From Arcobacteraceae bacterium (GTDB taxonomy: Bacteria > Campylobacterota > Campylobacteria > Campylobacterales > Arcobacteraceae), in assembly GCA_048268245.1 (NCBI GenBank), contig JBLWVX010000002.1, positions 64,001 to 128,000 on the forward strand: a stretch of DNA of 64,000 bases, in the 5' to 3' direction. A program made the position numbers and the translations under genes. Position 1 is the stretch's first letter, and every line of letters starts with the position of its first letter. Below, one piece after another: positions 1-10,587 of this stretch. Below the pieces are notes generated by a model. The model did no database searches. It had not been told where the DNA came from and saw only the letters and a list, made by a program, of their open reading frames with translations.

Positions 1-686
1 GACCTAAACCTATGACAATTGATTGGATTACATATGCTCAAAGTAAAACAGATAAAATCATGAAAGGAATGCTAACAGGTCCAGTTACGATTTTAAACTG
101 GTCTTTTGTAAGAGATGATAAGCCAAGAAGTGAAGTATCAAAACAAATAGCAGTTGCACTAAGTGATGAAATTGATGATTTACAAAACGAAGGAATTAAA
201 ATCATTCAAGTTGATGAAGCAGCCTTTAAAGAAGGTTATCCCTTAAGAGCTGAAAATATTAAAGAGTATGAAAACTGGGCAACAAGAGACTTTAAAATGT
301 GTGTAAGTACAGCAAAAAAAGAGACTCAAATTCATACACACATGTGCTATAGTGAGTTTAATGACATTATTAAAACAATTGAAGATATGGATGCTGATGT
401 TATCTCAATTGAGACAGCAAGAAGTGGAAATGAACTACTTAAAATCTTTAAAGAAGTAGGATATAAACAAGAAGTAGGACCTGGAATTTATGATATTCAT
501 AGTCCTAGAGTTCCAAGTGTAGAAGAAATAAAAAAACAAATAGAACTTTTACTTGAAGTACTACCAAAAGAGCACTTATGGATAAATCCAGATTGTGGAT
601 TAAAAACAAGAAAATGGGAAGAAGTGAAACCAAGCCTTACAAATATGGTTGAAGCAGTAAAACAAATAAGAAAGGATTATGAATAA
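1..686 (+). CDS. metE: Cobalamin-independent methionine synthase, C-terminal part (gene starts upstream of the window)
   Basis: KGMLTGPVTIL, IQVDEAA, Zn ligands HTHMC and NPDCGLKTR; frame is open to the window edge. Confidence 0.97.
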   Translation, partial: PKPMTIDWITYAQSKTDKIMKGMLTGPVTILNWSFVRDDKPRSEVSKQIAVALSDEIDDLQNEGIKIIQVDEAAFKEGYPLRAENIKEYENWATRDFKMCVSTAKKETQIHTHMCYSEFNDIIKTIEDMDADVISIETARSGNELLKIFKEVGYKQEVGPGIYDIHSPRVPSVEEIKKQIELLLEVLPKEHLWINPDCGLKTRKWEEVKPSLTNMVEAVKQIRKDYE

Positions 687-705
687 TTAGAGCTTTTACT
701 CTTGT

Positions 706-742
706 AAAATAGTTTTTACTTCAATAGAGTAAAAACTATTTT
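706..742. terminator. 15-bp perfect inverted repeat after metE; terminator or operator
   Basis: AAAATAGTTTTTACT-tcaatag-AGTAAAAACTATTTT. Confidence 0.55.
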
Positions 743-781
743 TAGATATTATTCGCAAAATAAAATATGAAAAGTATAAAA

Positions 782-1987
782 ATGATTACATTTGATAAAA
801 TAAAAGAAGCACATAAAAATTTAGAAGGTGTAGCTCAAATTACACCAATGACAAAAGCTCCAATTTTAAGTGAAGACTTTGGTAGTGATATTTACCTAAA
901 AAAGGAAAACTTACAACTAACGGGAAGCTTTAAATTAAGAGGTGCATATAATAGAATTGCGAATTTATCACAAGAGAAAAGAGATAAAGGTGTAGTTGCA
1001 GCAAGTGCAGGAAATCATGCACAAGGTTTAGCATTTGCTGCAAAACAATTTAACTGTGAAGCTACTATTTTCATGCCCGAAGCAACTCCTCTTACAAAAG
1101 TTTCAGGAGTTATGTCTCATGGTGCAAATGTTGTTTTAACTGGTGAAAATTTTGATGAAGCCTACGAGGCAGCTATGAAGTTTAAAGAAGAGAAAAACTG
1201 TGAATTTATTCACCCTTTTGCTGATGATGATGTAATAGCAGGACAAGGAACAGTTGCAATTGAAATTTTAGAAAAAATACCTGACTTAAAACAAATAGTT
1301 GTACCAATTGGTGGTGGTGGTTTAATTGCAGGAATTGCAATTGCAGCTAAAGCTATAAATCCAGATATTAAAATAATTGGTGTTGTTTCAAGTGGTGCTA
1401 CAGCAATGAAAGAGTCATATAAGTCACAAATGCCTCTTGATTCAAAATCAGTAAGAACTATTGCAGATGGAATTGCAGTAAAAAATGTAAACCCAAAACT
1501 TTTAAATATCATCATTGATTATGTTGACCATATTGTTGAAGTAACTGACAATGAAATTGCTAATGCTATTTTATTTTTACTAGAAAAACATAAGCTTGTA
1601 GTTGAAGGTGCAGGAGCTGTTGCAACAGCTGCAATTATGCATGATAAAATTGAAATGGATGATACAAAAGTTTGTGCACTTGTAAGTGGTGGGAATATTG
1701 ATGTTACTATGCTTGCACAAATTATTGAAAAAGGTTTAGTAAAATCAAATAGAAAAATGAATCTTATGGTAACACTTATGGATAAACCTGGTTCATTAAC
1801 ACATTTAAGTGAAATTTTTAGAGATTGTGGTGCAAATATTGTTCAAATAGATTATGACAGAGACTCGGTAAAACTGGACTTTGGAGAGGCATTAATCACA
1901 ATTTCTCTTGAAACAAAAGGTGAAGAACACCAAAAACAAATAAGAGAAAAATTGAAACAAAATGGTTACAAATTCAAACAAATTTAG
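782..1987 (+). CDS. ilvA: Threonine dehydratase with C-terminal ACT domain (alternative start 767)
   Basis: KKENLQLTGSFKLRGA PLP-lysine motif, ASAGNHAQG, GGGGLIAG, ACT-like DKPGSL. Confidence 0.93.
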   Translation: MITFDKIKEAHKNLEGVAQITPMTKAPILSEDFGSDIYLKKENLQLTGSFKLRGAYNRIANLSQEKRDKGVVAASAGNHAQGLAFAAKQFNCEATIFMPEATPLTKVSGVMSHGANVVLTGENFDEAYEAAMKFKEEKNCEFIHPFADDDVIAGQGTVAIEILEKIPDLKQIVVPIGGGGLIAGIAIAAKAINPDIKIIGVVSSGATAMKESYKSQMPLDSKSVRTIADGIAVKNVNPKLLNIIIDYVDHIVEVTDNEIANAILFLLEKHKLVVEGAGAVATAAIMHDKIEMDDTKVCALVSGGNIDVTMLAQIIEKGLVKSNRKMNLMVTLMDKPGSLTHLSEIFRDCGANIVQIDYDRDSVKLDFGEALITISLETKGEEHQKQIREKLKQNGYKFKQI

Positions 1988-2089
1988 TTTAAATTAATAT
2001 CTAAATTGATATCTAAAGAAAGATTTTAGAAAAAAAACTATACAATGTACGACATAATTTAGTATTGAGTAACAACAAAAAGGAAAAAA

Positions 2090-2776
2090 ATGGAAGGAAG
2101 ACTGTTTACGTTCTTAGGTAGCATCGGTGGTCACGGTCAAGAATGGATAATCTTATCGCACTACATCTTAGTGATTGGTGTTATATTTTTAATAGCTAGA
2201 GCAGCTACTAAAAAAATTCAACTGGTTCCAACTGGTTCACAAAATGTTATGGAAGCATTCATTGGTGGTGTTGTGTCTATGGGTGCAGATACAATGGGTG
2301 AAAAAAACGCTAGAGTTTATATGCCATTAATTGGTTCATTAGGTTTAGTAATCGTTGTTGCTAACTTAATGGGTGTTATTCCAGGGTTTGAGTCTCCAAC
2401 AGCAAACATCAACTTTACATTATCATTAGCATTAATTGTTTTTATATACTATAATTACTTAGGTATTAAAACAAATGGTTTTGTTAATTACTTTAAGCAC
2501 TTTATGGGTCCTATGCCTGTACTAGCTCCATTAATGTTTCCTATTGAAATAATTTCTCATGTTTCAAGAATTATTTCTTTATCATTCAGACTTTTTGGTG
2601 CAATTAGAGGGGATGATATGTTCTTAATGGTATTATTAATGTTAGTACCATGGCTTGTTCCTTTATCTGGATTCTTTATGTTAACTGCATTCGGATTATT
2701 ACAAGCATTTATTTTCATGATTTTAACTTATGTTTATATTGCTGGTTCTATTATGATGGAGCATGAAGATCACTAA
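2090..2776 (+). CDS. atpB: ATP synthase F0 subunit a
   Basis: Hydrophobic; PTANINFT, SLSFRLFG (essential Arg), LQAFIF..LTYVY. Confidence 0.97.
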   Translation: MEGRLFTFLGSIGGHGQEWIILSHYILVIGVIFLIARAATKKIQLVPTGSQNVMEAFIGGVVSMGADTMGEKNARVYMPLIGSLGLVIVVANLMGVIPGFESPTANINFTLSLALIVFIYYNYLGIKTNGFVNYFKHFMGPMPVLAPLMFPIEIISHVSRIISLSFRLFGAIRGDDMFLMVLLMLVPWLVPLSGFFMLTAFGLLQAFIFMILTYVYIAGSIMMEHEDH

Positions 2777-2805
2777 TTATTAATTAGGAACTACATAAAG
2801 CACAT

Positions 2806-2838
2806 AAAAAGGGAAGGATTTTATCCTTCCCTTTTTTT
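2806..2838 (+). terminator. Intrinsic terminator of atpB
   Basis: AAAAAGGGAAGGAT-ttt-ATCCTTCCCTTTTTTT. Confidence 0.85.
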
Positions 2839-2901
2839 ATTAATATTATTATTAGTATTTACATATTATACTTAAGATAAAAATTTAACAAAAAGTATAA
2901 A

Positions 2902-3468
2902 ATGAAACCTCCTTTGAAAAAGTATCTTATTACTGACCCTAAATACTACTCAAATAATGTTGAGTTATTTAAAAAAAATCTACAAAGAATACTTCAAAAA
3001 AATAGTATTGACATTGCATGTTTTAGAGATAAAACAAGTGAAAATTTTGAAGAGTTAGCAGAAGTTTTTGTTCAAACTTGTAAAGAGTTTAATATAGAAA
3101 AAATCCTATTAAATAAAGATTTTAAACTAGCAAAAAAACTAGGTGCTACTGGTGTGCATTTAACTTCAGAACAATTTAAGAAAATTAAAAAAGCTAAAGA
3201 CTTAGACCTATATGTAATTATTTCATGTCACAATTTATCTGATATAGAAAAAGCCCAAGAATCATACGCAAATTCTGTTACATTCTCACCTATTTTTGAC
3301 ACTCCAAATAAAGGTGAACCAAAAGGTATAAATGCACTTGTTCAAGCTGTAAACTTATATGAAGATATGGATATTATAGCTTTAGGTGGAATTGTATCAA
3401 ATGAGCAAGTTAAACAGATAGAAAAAGCAAATCCTTATGGATTTGCTTCTATTAGATATTTTGTTTAA
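2902..3468 (+). CDS. Thiamine-phosphate synthase / TenI family protein
   Basis: YLITD, GVHL, SCHN, FSPIFDTPNK, ALGGI motifs. Confidence 0.8.
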   Translation: MKPPLKKYLITDPKYYSNNVELFKKNLQRILQKNSIDIACFRDKTSENFEELAEVFVQTCKEFNIEKILLNKDFKLAKKLGATGVHLTSEQFKKIKKAKDLDLYVIISCHNLSDIEKAQESYANSVTFSPIFDTPNKGEPKGINALVQAVNLYEDMDIIALGGIVSNEQVKQIEKANPYGFASIRYFV

Positions 3469-6200
3469 ACCTCATCTATAACAGAGTTTTCTTCATTTAA
3501 ATAAATAAGGTATGAAGATACCTTATTTGTATTAAAAATATCACTAATTGCTTTTTTATAGTGTCTTACTTGATTTTTATGTTCAAGTGAGTTTTCACTC
3601 TTAGTTGTTTTATAATCAAAAATATAATACTCATTACCTTTTTGTAAAAGTAAATCTATTATTTTCACTTTACCTTGATAAATAAGCGATTGTTCAGAAA
3701 TAAAAGTAGCATCTTCTAAAAAGTTTTGAAACTGTTTATTATCAATAAGATTTGTAATTCTTAACCTAATTTTCTCAAAATCTTCTTCTTTTAAATAATT
3801 AGAGTATCTTGAAATTGTAATCTTTAAACTATAATCTAAACTCTCGTAAGTAAACTTATTCATCATTTCTAAACAAAAGTGAGTTGCAATTCCAAAATAC
3901 CTTGCATATAAAATCTCACTACTACTATCTTTTTCTTTTGATATTTGTTGTTCTTGAATACCTAAATCCATAGGAGTATAATTAACTTTCTCAAAACTAT
4001 CAAAGTTTTTAGATATATTTGAGCTTAATTCCAACTGCCCGATTTTACAAGGACTCATATCTAAAATATCAAATACAGAAGATTTCTTCTTTTTAAAAAT
4101 AAGCATATTATTTTGTGCTCTTGTAAGTGCTACATATAAAATATTTATTTCATCTTGTAATGATAAAGACTTCTCTTTTGTAAGAGCTCTTGCATAATCA
4201 ATATTATAGTTTTCATAACCTTTTATCTTATAAAAAATATTTTTTAGATTTACACTATCATATTCAAAAAGAAGAGAACTTTTATCAGCATTTTTTCTTT
4301 TAATTCTATCAAGAAGAATAACTGTTTTAAACTCTAAACCTTTTGATTTAAAAATCGTTAGAATTTGAAGTCCAACTGTTTCACTATTTTGTATAGTAGC
4401 ATCTAACTTATCCACTTCATAAACAAAATCTACAATATTGTCATAGCTTTCACAAACCTCTATTAGCTTTATAATATTTTGATCAATAATCATTAAACTA
4501 GAAGCTATATCTTTTACGATTTTACTAACTGACTTTTTATCAAAATCAATTTGCAACTCTACAGGACTTGTAAGTTCTTTTCCAATTAAAGCATTTAAGT
4601 TCTCTTTGTAAATCTCTTTATTAAAATATAAATATTTAATAGCATTAATTACAGCTTTTACATTTTCTTGATTTACTAATCTTGAAGTCATTTCAGTAGA
4701 TATTTTAAGTTTAGGAAACTTCTTTTTTAAATAGTAATATAAACTTAATACATCATCATTTGTGTAAGTTAGAATTGCGATGTCATTTGAATTAATTCCA
4801 CTTTTAATTAAACTTGCAATTTTTGAAGCTACATTTTCAAACTTATCATCCTCATCTAAAGCTTCATCTTCAATAACTTCAATAAAACCACCTTTTTTAA
4901 TTGATTGCTGATTATGATACTCATAGTTTGGTACGTTTATAAAAAGTGAATTAACAAACTCTACTACATTTTGACTTGACCTATAGTTTGTATTTAAAAC
5001 TTCTACTTCTAATAGTCTATTCGTATTAGCTACATGATCAAAAAGCTCTTTTTTACCACCTCTAAATCTATATATAGACTGTTTTACGTCTCCAACATAA
5101 AAGAAAGTTTTAAATCTTGTCTCATCTCCTGATAATATTTCATCAATCAAAGGTTTTAAAATATTGTATTGAATCAATGAAGTATCCTGAAACTCATCAA
5201 TTAATATATGATTAAATTGTGAATCCAATCTAAAGTATAAGAACTCTTTGTCAATTTTAGTAGTTAATAAATCATAAACTAAATTTGAAATATCGTTAAA
5301 CTCTAAATAGTTTTTATTTTTGTTATAATTTAATTTAAACTCTTTAAACATTAAAAAAAGTTCAAAGAGTTTTGATAAACTATAATTTGCTCTTAATTTA
5401 TAGTAAGCTTGCAACTGTTGTTTTAAATCTGTAAAATAGTTTTCTAAAATTTCATTTGAACATTTTTTAAAATAACTATAATCACTTAATGCCTCTTTTG
5501 AAAGCCATGTTTTTTCAAACAGAGATTCAAAACTCTCAAAATCAACAGCTTTTTTAGCAGAGTTTGAAGCCACATCACAATTTAGGATGGCTTCTTTTAT
5601 TTTATATGCATATTTTAAAACCTCTTGTTTTTGAAGGTTTATTAAACTTCCATCAATATTTACAGGTTCAATTTTTTCATTTTTCTCAAGTAATATTTTA
5701 AATAGCTCAAAAATAGAATTAAACTTCTTCTTCTCATAAAGTGAGAAATCAATTAATGTGTCAAACTGTTGAACATTTAATGAAGCTAAAAACTTAATAC
5801 TTAAAGCTTCTATATCATCTTCTTTTATTTCAAAGTCATCAGATACTCCAATATAACCACAAAACTCTCTAAGAATTTTATTTACAAATTTATCAATTGT
5901 AAATATTGACAAAGTTGCATTTGAAAAAGATTTTACTAAAAACCCTTTCTTTCCTAAAATCTGTTCTTTACTCATAGATGATTGTTCACAAATTGCATTT
6001 AAGTATGCTTCATCATCTCCTAAAGTAAGTAGAGTTTTATATATCCTCTCACTCATTTCATTTGCTGCTTTATTTGTAAAGGTAAGAGTTAATATCTCAC
6101 TTGGTTTGGCACCTTTTAATAATAAAGTAATATATCTTACGGTTAATGCAAAAGTCTTTCCACTTCCTGCACTTGCTTTTAATGCTAAATATTTTTTCAT
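3465..6200 (-). CDS. addA: AddA/RecB-like helicase-nuclease (start 6200 or 6206)
   Basis: ASAGSGKT, LTFTNKAA, IDEFQDTS, VGDVKQSIYRFRG, YVALTRA, C-terminal IDLL..DYKT nuclease. Confidence 0.9.
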   Translation of the reverse strand: MKKYLALKASAGSGKTFALTVRYITLLLKGAKPSEILTLTFTNKAANEMSERIYKTLLTLGDDEAYLNAICEQSSMSKEQILGKKGFLVKSFSNATLSIFTIDKFVNKILREFCGYIGVSDDFEIKEDDIEALSIKFLASLNVQQFDTLIDFSLYEKKKFNSIFELFKILLEKNEKIEPVNIDGSLINLQKQEVLKYAYKIKEAILNCDVASNSAKKAVDFESFESLFEKTWLSKEALSDYSYFKKCSNEILENYFTDLKQQLQAYYKLRANYSLSKLFELFLMFKEFKLNYNKNKNYLEFNDISNLVYDLLTTKIDKEFLYFRLDSQFNHILIDEFQDTSLIQYNILKPLIDEILSGDETRFKTFFYVGDVKQSIYRFRGGKKELFDHVANTNRLLEVEVLNTNYRSSQNVVEFVNSLFINVPNYEYHNQQSIKKGGFIEVIEDEALDEDDKFENVASKIASLIKSGINSNDIAILTYTNDDVLSLYYYLKKKFPKLKISTEMTSRLVNQENVKAVINAIKYLYFNKEIYKENLNALIGKELTSPVELQIDFDKKSVSKIVKDIASSLMIIDQNIIKLIEVCESYDNIVDFVYEVDKLDATIQNSETVGLQILTIFKSKGLEFKTVILLDRIKRKNADKSSLLFEYDSVNLKNIFYKIKGYENYNIDYARALTKEKSLSLQDEINILYVALTRAQNNMLIFKKKKSSVFDILDMSPCKIGQLELSSNISKNFDSFEKVNYTPMDLGIQEQQISKEKDSSSEILYARYFGIATHFCLEMMNKFTYESLDYSLKITISRYSNYLKEEDFEKIRLRITNLIDNKQFQNFLEDATFISEQSLIYQGKVKIIDLLLQKGNEYYIFDYKTTKSENSLEHKNQVRHYKKAISDIFNTNKVSSYLIYLNEENSVIDEV

Positions 6201-6313
6201 AAACAAATCATACTAAAGTAATTGTTATAAAATACTATATCAATCATCAAAACTTAAACATTTTTATTATATTATTCCATTATTAACTATTATAATATTT
6301 TCAGGAACTCAGT

Positions 6314-8140
6314 ATAAAAACAAATAGTAAGATTATTTTTCTTGTTACCACTGTTATATTCTTTATGTTTATTCTTATGATTCTAAACTTTACTTACAAC
6401 TTTAGAGAGTACGGAATTAAAAGTATCGATAATAAAGCCACTATTCTAGCTAAAACCGTAGAGCATGCCCTGACAACTCAGATGTTAACAGGTGTGATTG
6501 ATAAAAGAGAAGTGTTTTTAAATCAATTAGAAGATTTACCACATATAGACAAAGTTTGGTTAAGTCGTGGTCATAAAGTAATTGAAATGTATGGAGAAGG
6601 CCTTAATAGTGAAATTGCGCAAGATGATATAGACAAAAAAGTTTTAGAAACAGGGAAAGAAATAAAAGTTATAGATGAAAAACTTTTTTCAAGCAGTACT
6701 TATAGAATCACTATACCATACAAAGCAACTTCAAGTGGAGAGATAAACTGTCTTAATTGTCATTCAAATGCAAAAGAAGGTGACACATTAGGTGCTATTA
6801 CGATTACTATTCCAGTTGATGATTCAAAACAAAAAGGAATTAGTACAGTTTTAAATACAACTGCTATTGCTTTGATTCTTATTTTTACAATTGCCTTTTT
6901 AATTAACTATTTAATATCTCCTTTTTTAAAGCTTTTTGTTTCAATTAAAAAAGTAATGAACAATGCAAATGAAGGTGATTATTCCCAAAGAGTATTAGAT
7001 ATAAATAACAAAGATGCAAAAGAAGTATCTATTTGGATTAATACATTACTTAAAAAACTTGAGACAACTTTAATTGATATAGATAAAAATATATCAATCT
7101 TTTTATCAAGTAAAACTCATGAAAATAGTGACCCTTTGATAAATGTACAAGAAACTGTTTCAAGATTATCTTCTGTTTACAAATTTAGAAAAACAATAGA
7201 ACATGACGATGATTTAAATACTATTTATGATAGATTAGCTCAAGTTATAAAATCTAAATTAAATATTGAAAACTTTAATATTCAAGAAGCTGATACAAGA
7301 ACAGGTAAATCAAAAAATATATACATTGGAAATAAAGAGTATTGTAATAAAAGTATTCAATGTAGAGCTGATAAAACGAATCAAATAGTTGATTCAACAG
7401 TATTTGAAAATATCTGTGTTTCATGTAAAGATAACAATATAAACTATCTTTGTATTCCATATTCAATATCTAATGAGTTAGATTTAATTATCTCTTTTTT
7501 CGCAAAGGATAAAGAAGAAATTGAAAGAATAAAATACAATATTCCTTTTATAAATGATTATATTGATGCATCAAAATCAGTTATTATTACAAATAAACTT
7601 ATGAATATTTTAGAAAAAAATGCTCGAACTGATGCCTTAACTGGACTTTATAATAGAAAACAACTAGAAGACCAATTACCTAAAATTGTATCCCAAAGCA
7701 ATCGAGCAAAAATACCATATGGTGTATTGATGATTGACATAGATTTCTTCAAAAAAATTAATGACACATATGGTCATGATGTTGGAGATAAAGCTATTCA
7801 AATTGTAGCTCAAACACTAAATGAAAACACTAGGAACTCTGATACAGTTATTAGATATGGGGGTGAAGAGTTTATTGTATTATTACATAATTGTAATGAA
7901 GTAAGTGTACTTAGTGTAGCAGAAAAGATAAGAATTACATTTATGAAAAAGAATATTCCTGTTAGTCCTACAAATACTATAAATAAAACATTAAGTATCG
8001 GTGCTTCTGTTTTTCCAAAAGACAGTATAGATCTAAAAGAGTGTATTAGAAATGCTGATATTGCTTTATACAAAGCTAAAAATGCAGGTAGAAATAGAAC
8101 TGTTATCTTTGAAAAAAGCATGATAAAAGAAAACAACTAA
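6314..8140 (+). CDS. Membrane diguanylate cyclase with periplasmic c-type heme motif, HAMP-like and Cys-rich GAF-like regions (track start 6365; probable true start ATA at 6314)
   Basis: CLNCH between two TM segments; DALTGLYNR, DIDFFKKINDTYGHDVGD, RNSD I-site, RYGGEEF. Confidence 0.9.
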   Translation: MKTNSKIIFLVTTVIFFMFILMILNFTYNFREYGIKSIDNKATILAKTVEHALTTQMLTGVIDKREVFLNQLEDLPHIDKVWLSRGHKVIEMYGEGLNSEIAQDDIDKKVLETGKEIKVIDEKLFSSSTYRITIPYKATSSGEINCLNCHSNAKEGDTLGAITITIPVDDSKQKGISTVLNTTAIALILIFTIAFLINYLISPFLKLFVSIKKVMNNANEGDYSQRVLDINNKDAKEVSIWINTLLKKLETTLIDIDKNISIFLSSKTHENSDPLINVQETVSRLSSVYKFRKTIEHDDDLNTIYDRLAQVIKSKLNIENFNIQEADTRTGKSKNIYIGNKEYCNKSIQCRADKTNQIVDSTVFENICVSCKDNNINYLCIPYSISNELDLIISFFAKDKEEIERIKYNIPFINDYIDASKSVIITNKLMNILEKNARTDALTGLYNRKQLEDQLPKIVSQSNRAKIPYGVLMIDIDFFKKINDTYGHDVGDKAIQIVAQTLNENTRNSDTVIRYGGEEFIVLLHNCNEVSVLSVAEKIRITFMKKNIPVSPTNTINKTLSIGASVFPKDSIDLKECIRNADIALYKAKNAGRNRTVIFEKSMIKENN

Positions 8141-8190
8141 GATAATTTTTGATATAATATTTGCCTTTAAAAAACATCCTAGGAAATATT

Positions 8191-9096
8191 ATGCAAAAGA
8201 AACATCAAAAAGTTCAAACCCTACTTGATGCAATTCCTCATATCAAAAAGTTTTATGGGAAAACTATTGTTATTAAATATGGTGGTTCAGCTCAAACAAG
8301 TCCAGAATTAAAAGAGAAGTTTGCTGAAGATATAGTTTTACTTTCACTTGTAGGTATCAAACCTGTAATTGTTCATGGTGGAGGAGCTAGAATATCTGAA
8401 CTACTTGATAAGTTATCTATTGAATCAGAGTTTGTAGATGGACATAGAGTTACATCAGAAGAAACTATGAGAGTTGTTGAAATGGTTTTAAGTGGAGAGA
8501 TAAATAAAAATATCACATCTTTACTAAATCACCATGGAGCAAAAGCTATTGGTATCTCAGGGAAAGACTCGTCGATAATAAATGCAATTCCTAAAGAAGA
8601 TGGTAAATTTGGTTACACAGGTGTTGTAACAAAAGTAAATGGAGATATGATAAATAATCTTATTAAAGAAGGTTTTATACCAGTAATTGCTCCAATTGCT
8701 GATAGTGCTGAACCTAATCATCCTGGATTTAATATTAATGCTGATGTTGCGGCTTCTAAAATAGCTGCTGCTATTGGAGCTCAAAAAGTTCTATTTTTAA
8801 CTGATACAATAGGTGTTTTAGATAAAGAAGGAAATTTACTTAATTCACTTGACCAAGATGATGTGGAAGCTTATAAAGAGGATGGAACAATTGGAGGAGG
8901 AATGATTCCTAAAGTTGATTCTTGTATAGATGCAATTTACAATGGTGTAAATAAAGCTCATATCATAGATGGTAGAGTTGAACACTCTATTTTACTTGAA
9001 CTATTCACAAGTGATGGAATCGGAACACAATTTGTTAGAAAAGATAATCCAAATAATGGGATTGATATGGAAAAACTACTAAGCAATGAAGCGTAA
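8191..9096 (+). CDS. argB: Acetylglutamate kinase
   Basis: IKYGGS, VHGGG, NINADVAA, GGMIPKV; SD AGGA before ATG 8191. Confidence 0.97.
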   Translation: MQKKHQKVQTLLDAIPHIKKFYGKTIVIKYGGSAQTSPELKEKFAEDIVLLSLVGIKPVIVHGGGARISELLDKLSIESEFVDGHRVTSEETMRVVEMVLSGEINKNITSLLNHHGAKAIGISGKDSSIINAIPKEDGKFGYTGVVTKVNGDMINNLIKEGFIPVIAPIADSAEPNHPGFNINADVAASKIAAAIGAQKVLFLTDTIGVLDKEGNLLNSLDQDDVEAYKEDGTIGGGMIPKVDSCIDAIYNGVNKAHIIDGRVEHSILLELFTSDGIGTQFVRKDNPNNGIDMEKLLSNEA

Positions 9097-9105
9097 GGAA
9101 GAAAA

Positions 9106-10587
9106 ATGAAATTTATAGAAACTAGAGGAAATGATGGAGTTAAGGATAAAGAAGTAGAATTTTCATATGCTATATTAAATCCTAGTGCATCTTTTGGTGG
9201 TCTTTATGTACCAAAAGAGTTACCAAAACTTGAAGAAAATTTTCTTTTAAATCATATTAATGACGGATATAAAGAATTAGCATATGCAATTTTAAAAGCA
9301 TTTGAAATTGATATTGATGAAGAAGAGATTCAAAAAGCTTTAGATTTATATGATAACTTTGATGATGCTGCTGATCCTTGTCCAGTTGTTAAAGTTAAAG
9401 ATGACTTATTTGTACATGAACAATATCATGGACCAACAAGAGCATTTAAAGATATGGCATTACAACCTTTTGGTTCAATTCTAAGTTCAATTGCTAAAAA
9501 AAGAGACGAAAAATATTTAATACTAGCTGCAACATCTGGGGATACAGGTCCTGCTGCACTAAATACTTTTAAAAACAAAGAGAATATTCAAGTTGCTTGT
9601 TTATATCCAGATGGTGGTACTTCTGATGTACAAAGATTACAAATGGTATGTGAAGATGGAGACAATCTAAAAGTTTTAGGTATTAAAGGAAACTTTGATG
9701 ATGCTCAAACTGCACTAAAAAAACTACTTGCAAGCCAATCTTTTAAAGATGAATTAGAAAATGATGGTATTAAACTATCTGCGGCTAACTCTGTTAACTT
9801 TGGTAGAATTATTTTCCAAATTATTTATCACTTCCACTCTTACTTAGAGTTATTAAAACAAGGAGAAGTTGAATATGGTGAAGAAATTTACTTAGTAGTG
9901 CCATCAGGAAACTTTGGAAATGTACTTGGTGGATTCTATGCAAAACAAATGGGTGTTCCAATTAAAAAACTTCTTGTTGCATCAAATGAAAACAATATCT
10001 TAACTGAATGGATTAACACAGGTATTTATGATATTAGAGATAAAGAATTAAAACTTACAAAATCTCCAGCTATGGATATTTTAAAATCTTCTAATATAGA
10101 AAGAGTGATTTTTTCACTTTTTGGAGCAAAAAGAACGAAAGAGTTACTAGATGACCTAAATGAGAAAAAAATCTTTAAAATGAGTAAAGATGAAACAGCT
10201 AAGCTTCAAGAGTACTTTAGTGCTATAAATTCTGATGATGAATATGGTTCAAAAATCATCAAATCTTTCTTAGATGATGGTTACTTAATGGACCCTCATA
10301 CTGCAACTTGTATTAAAGCTTATGAAGAACTAAGAGAAGAGAAAATTACTACTGTAATTTACTCAACAGCTGAGTGGACGAAATTCTCACCAACAGTTCT
10401 AAATGCCCTAAAACAAGATAATAAAAAGTATTCAGATAAAGAAGCATTAGAAGAAATTTCATCAAAATATAAAGCTGTTTTACCTCAATCAATTAAAGAC
10501 TTATTTACAGCAAAAATCAACCATAATCAAGTTATTGAAAAAGAGAATATTGAAGAAGAAATCGTAAAATTTATTAGAGAATGTTAA
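9106..10587 (+). CDS. thrC: Threonine synthase
   Basis: HGPTRAFKD, ATSGDTG, SAANSVNFGRI, PSGNFGN, DPHTA. Confidence 0.97.
   Translation: MKFIETRGNDGVKDKEVEFSYAILNPSASFGGLYVPKELPKLEENFLLNHINDGYKELAYAILKAFEIDIDEEEIQKALDLYDNFDDAADPCPVVKVKDDLFVHEQYHGPTRAFKDMALQPFGSILSSIAKKRDEKYLILAATSGDTGPAALNTFKNKENIQVACLYPDGGTSDVQRLQMVCEDGDNLKVLGIKGNFDDAQTALKKLLASQSFKDELENDGIKLSAANSVNFGRIIFQIIYHFHSYLELLKQGEVEYGEEIYLVVPSGNFGNVLGGFYAKQMGVPIKKLLVASNENNILTEWINTGIYDIRDKELKLTKSPAMDILKSSNIERVIFSLFGAKRTKELLDDLNEKKIFKMSKDETAKLQEYFSAINSDDEYGSKIIKSFLDDGYLMDPHTATCIKAYEELREEKITTVIYSTAEWTKFSPTVLNALKQDNKKYSDKEALEEISSKYKAVLPQSIKDLFTAKINHNQVIEKENIEEEIVKFIREC

Noticed and set aside
2090..2776. atpB isolated from other atp genes
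   Set aside because: A split atp operon is usual in Campylobacterota.
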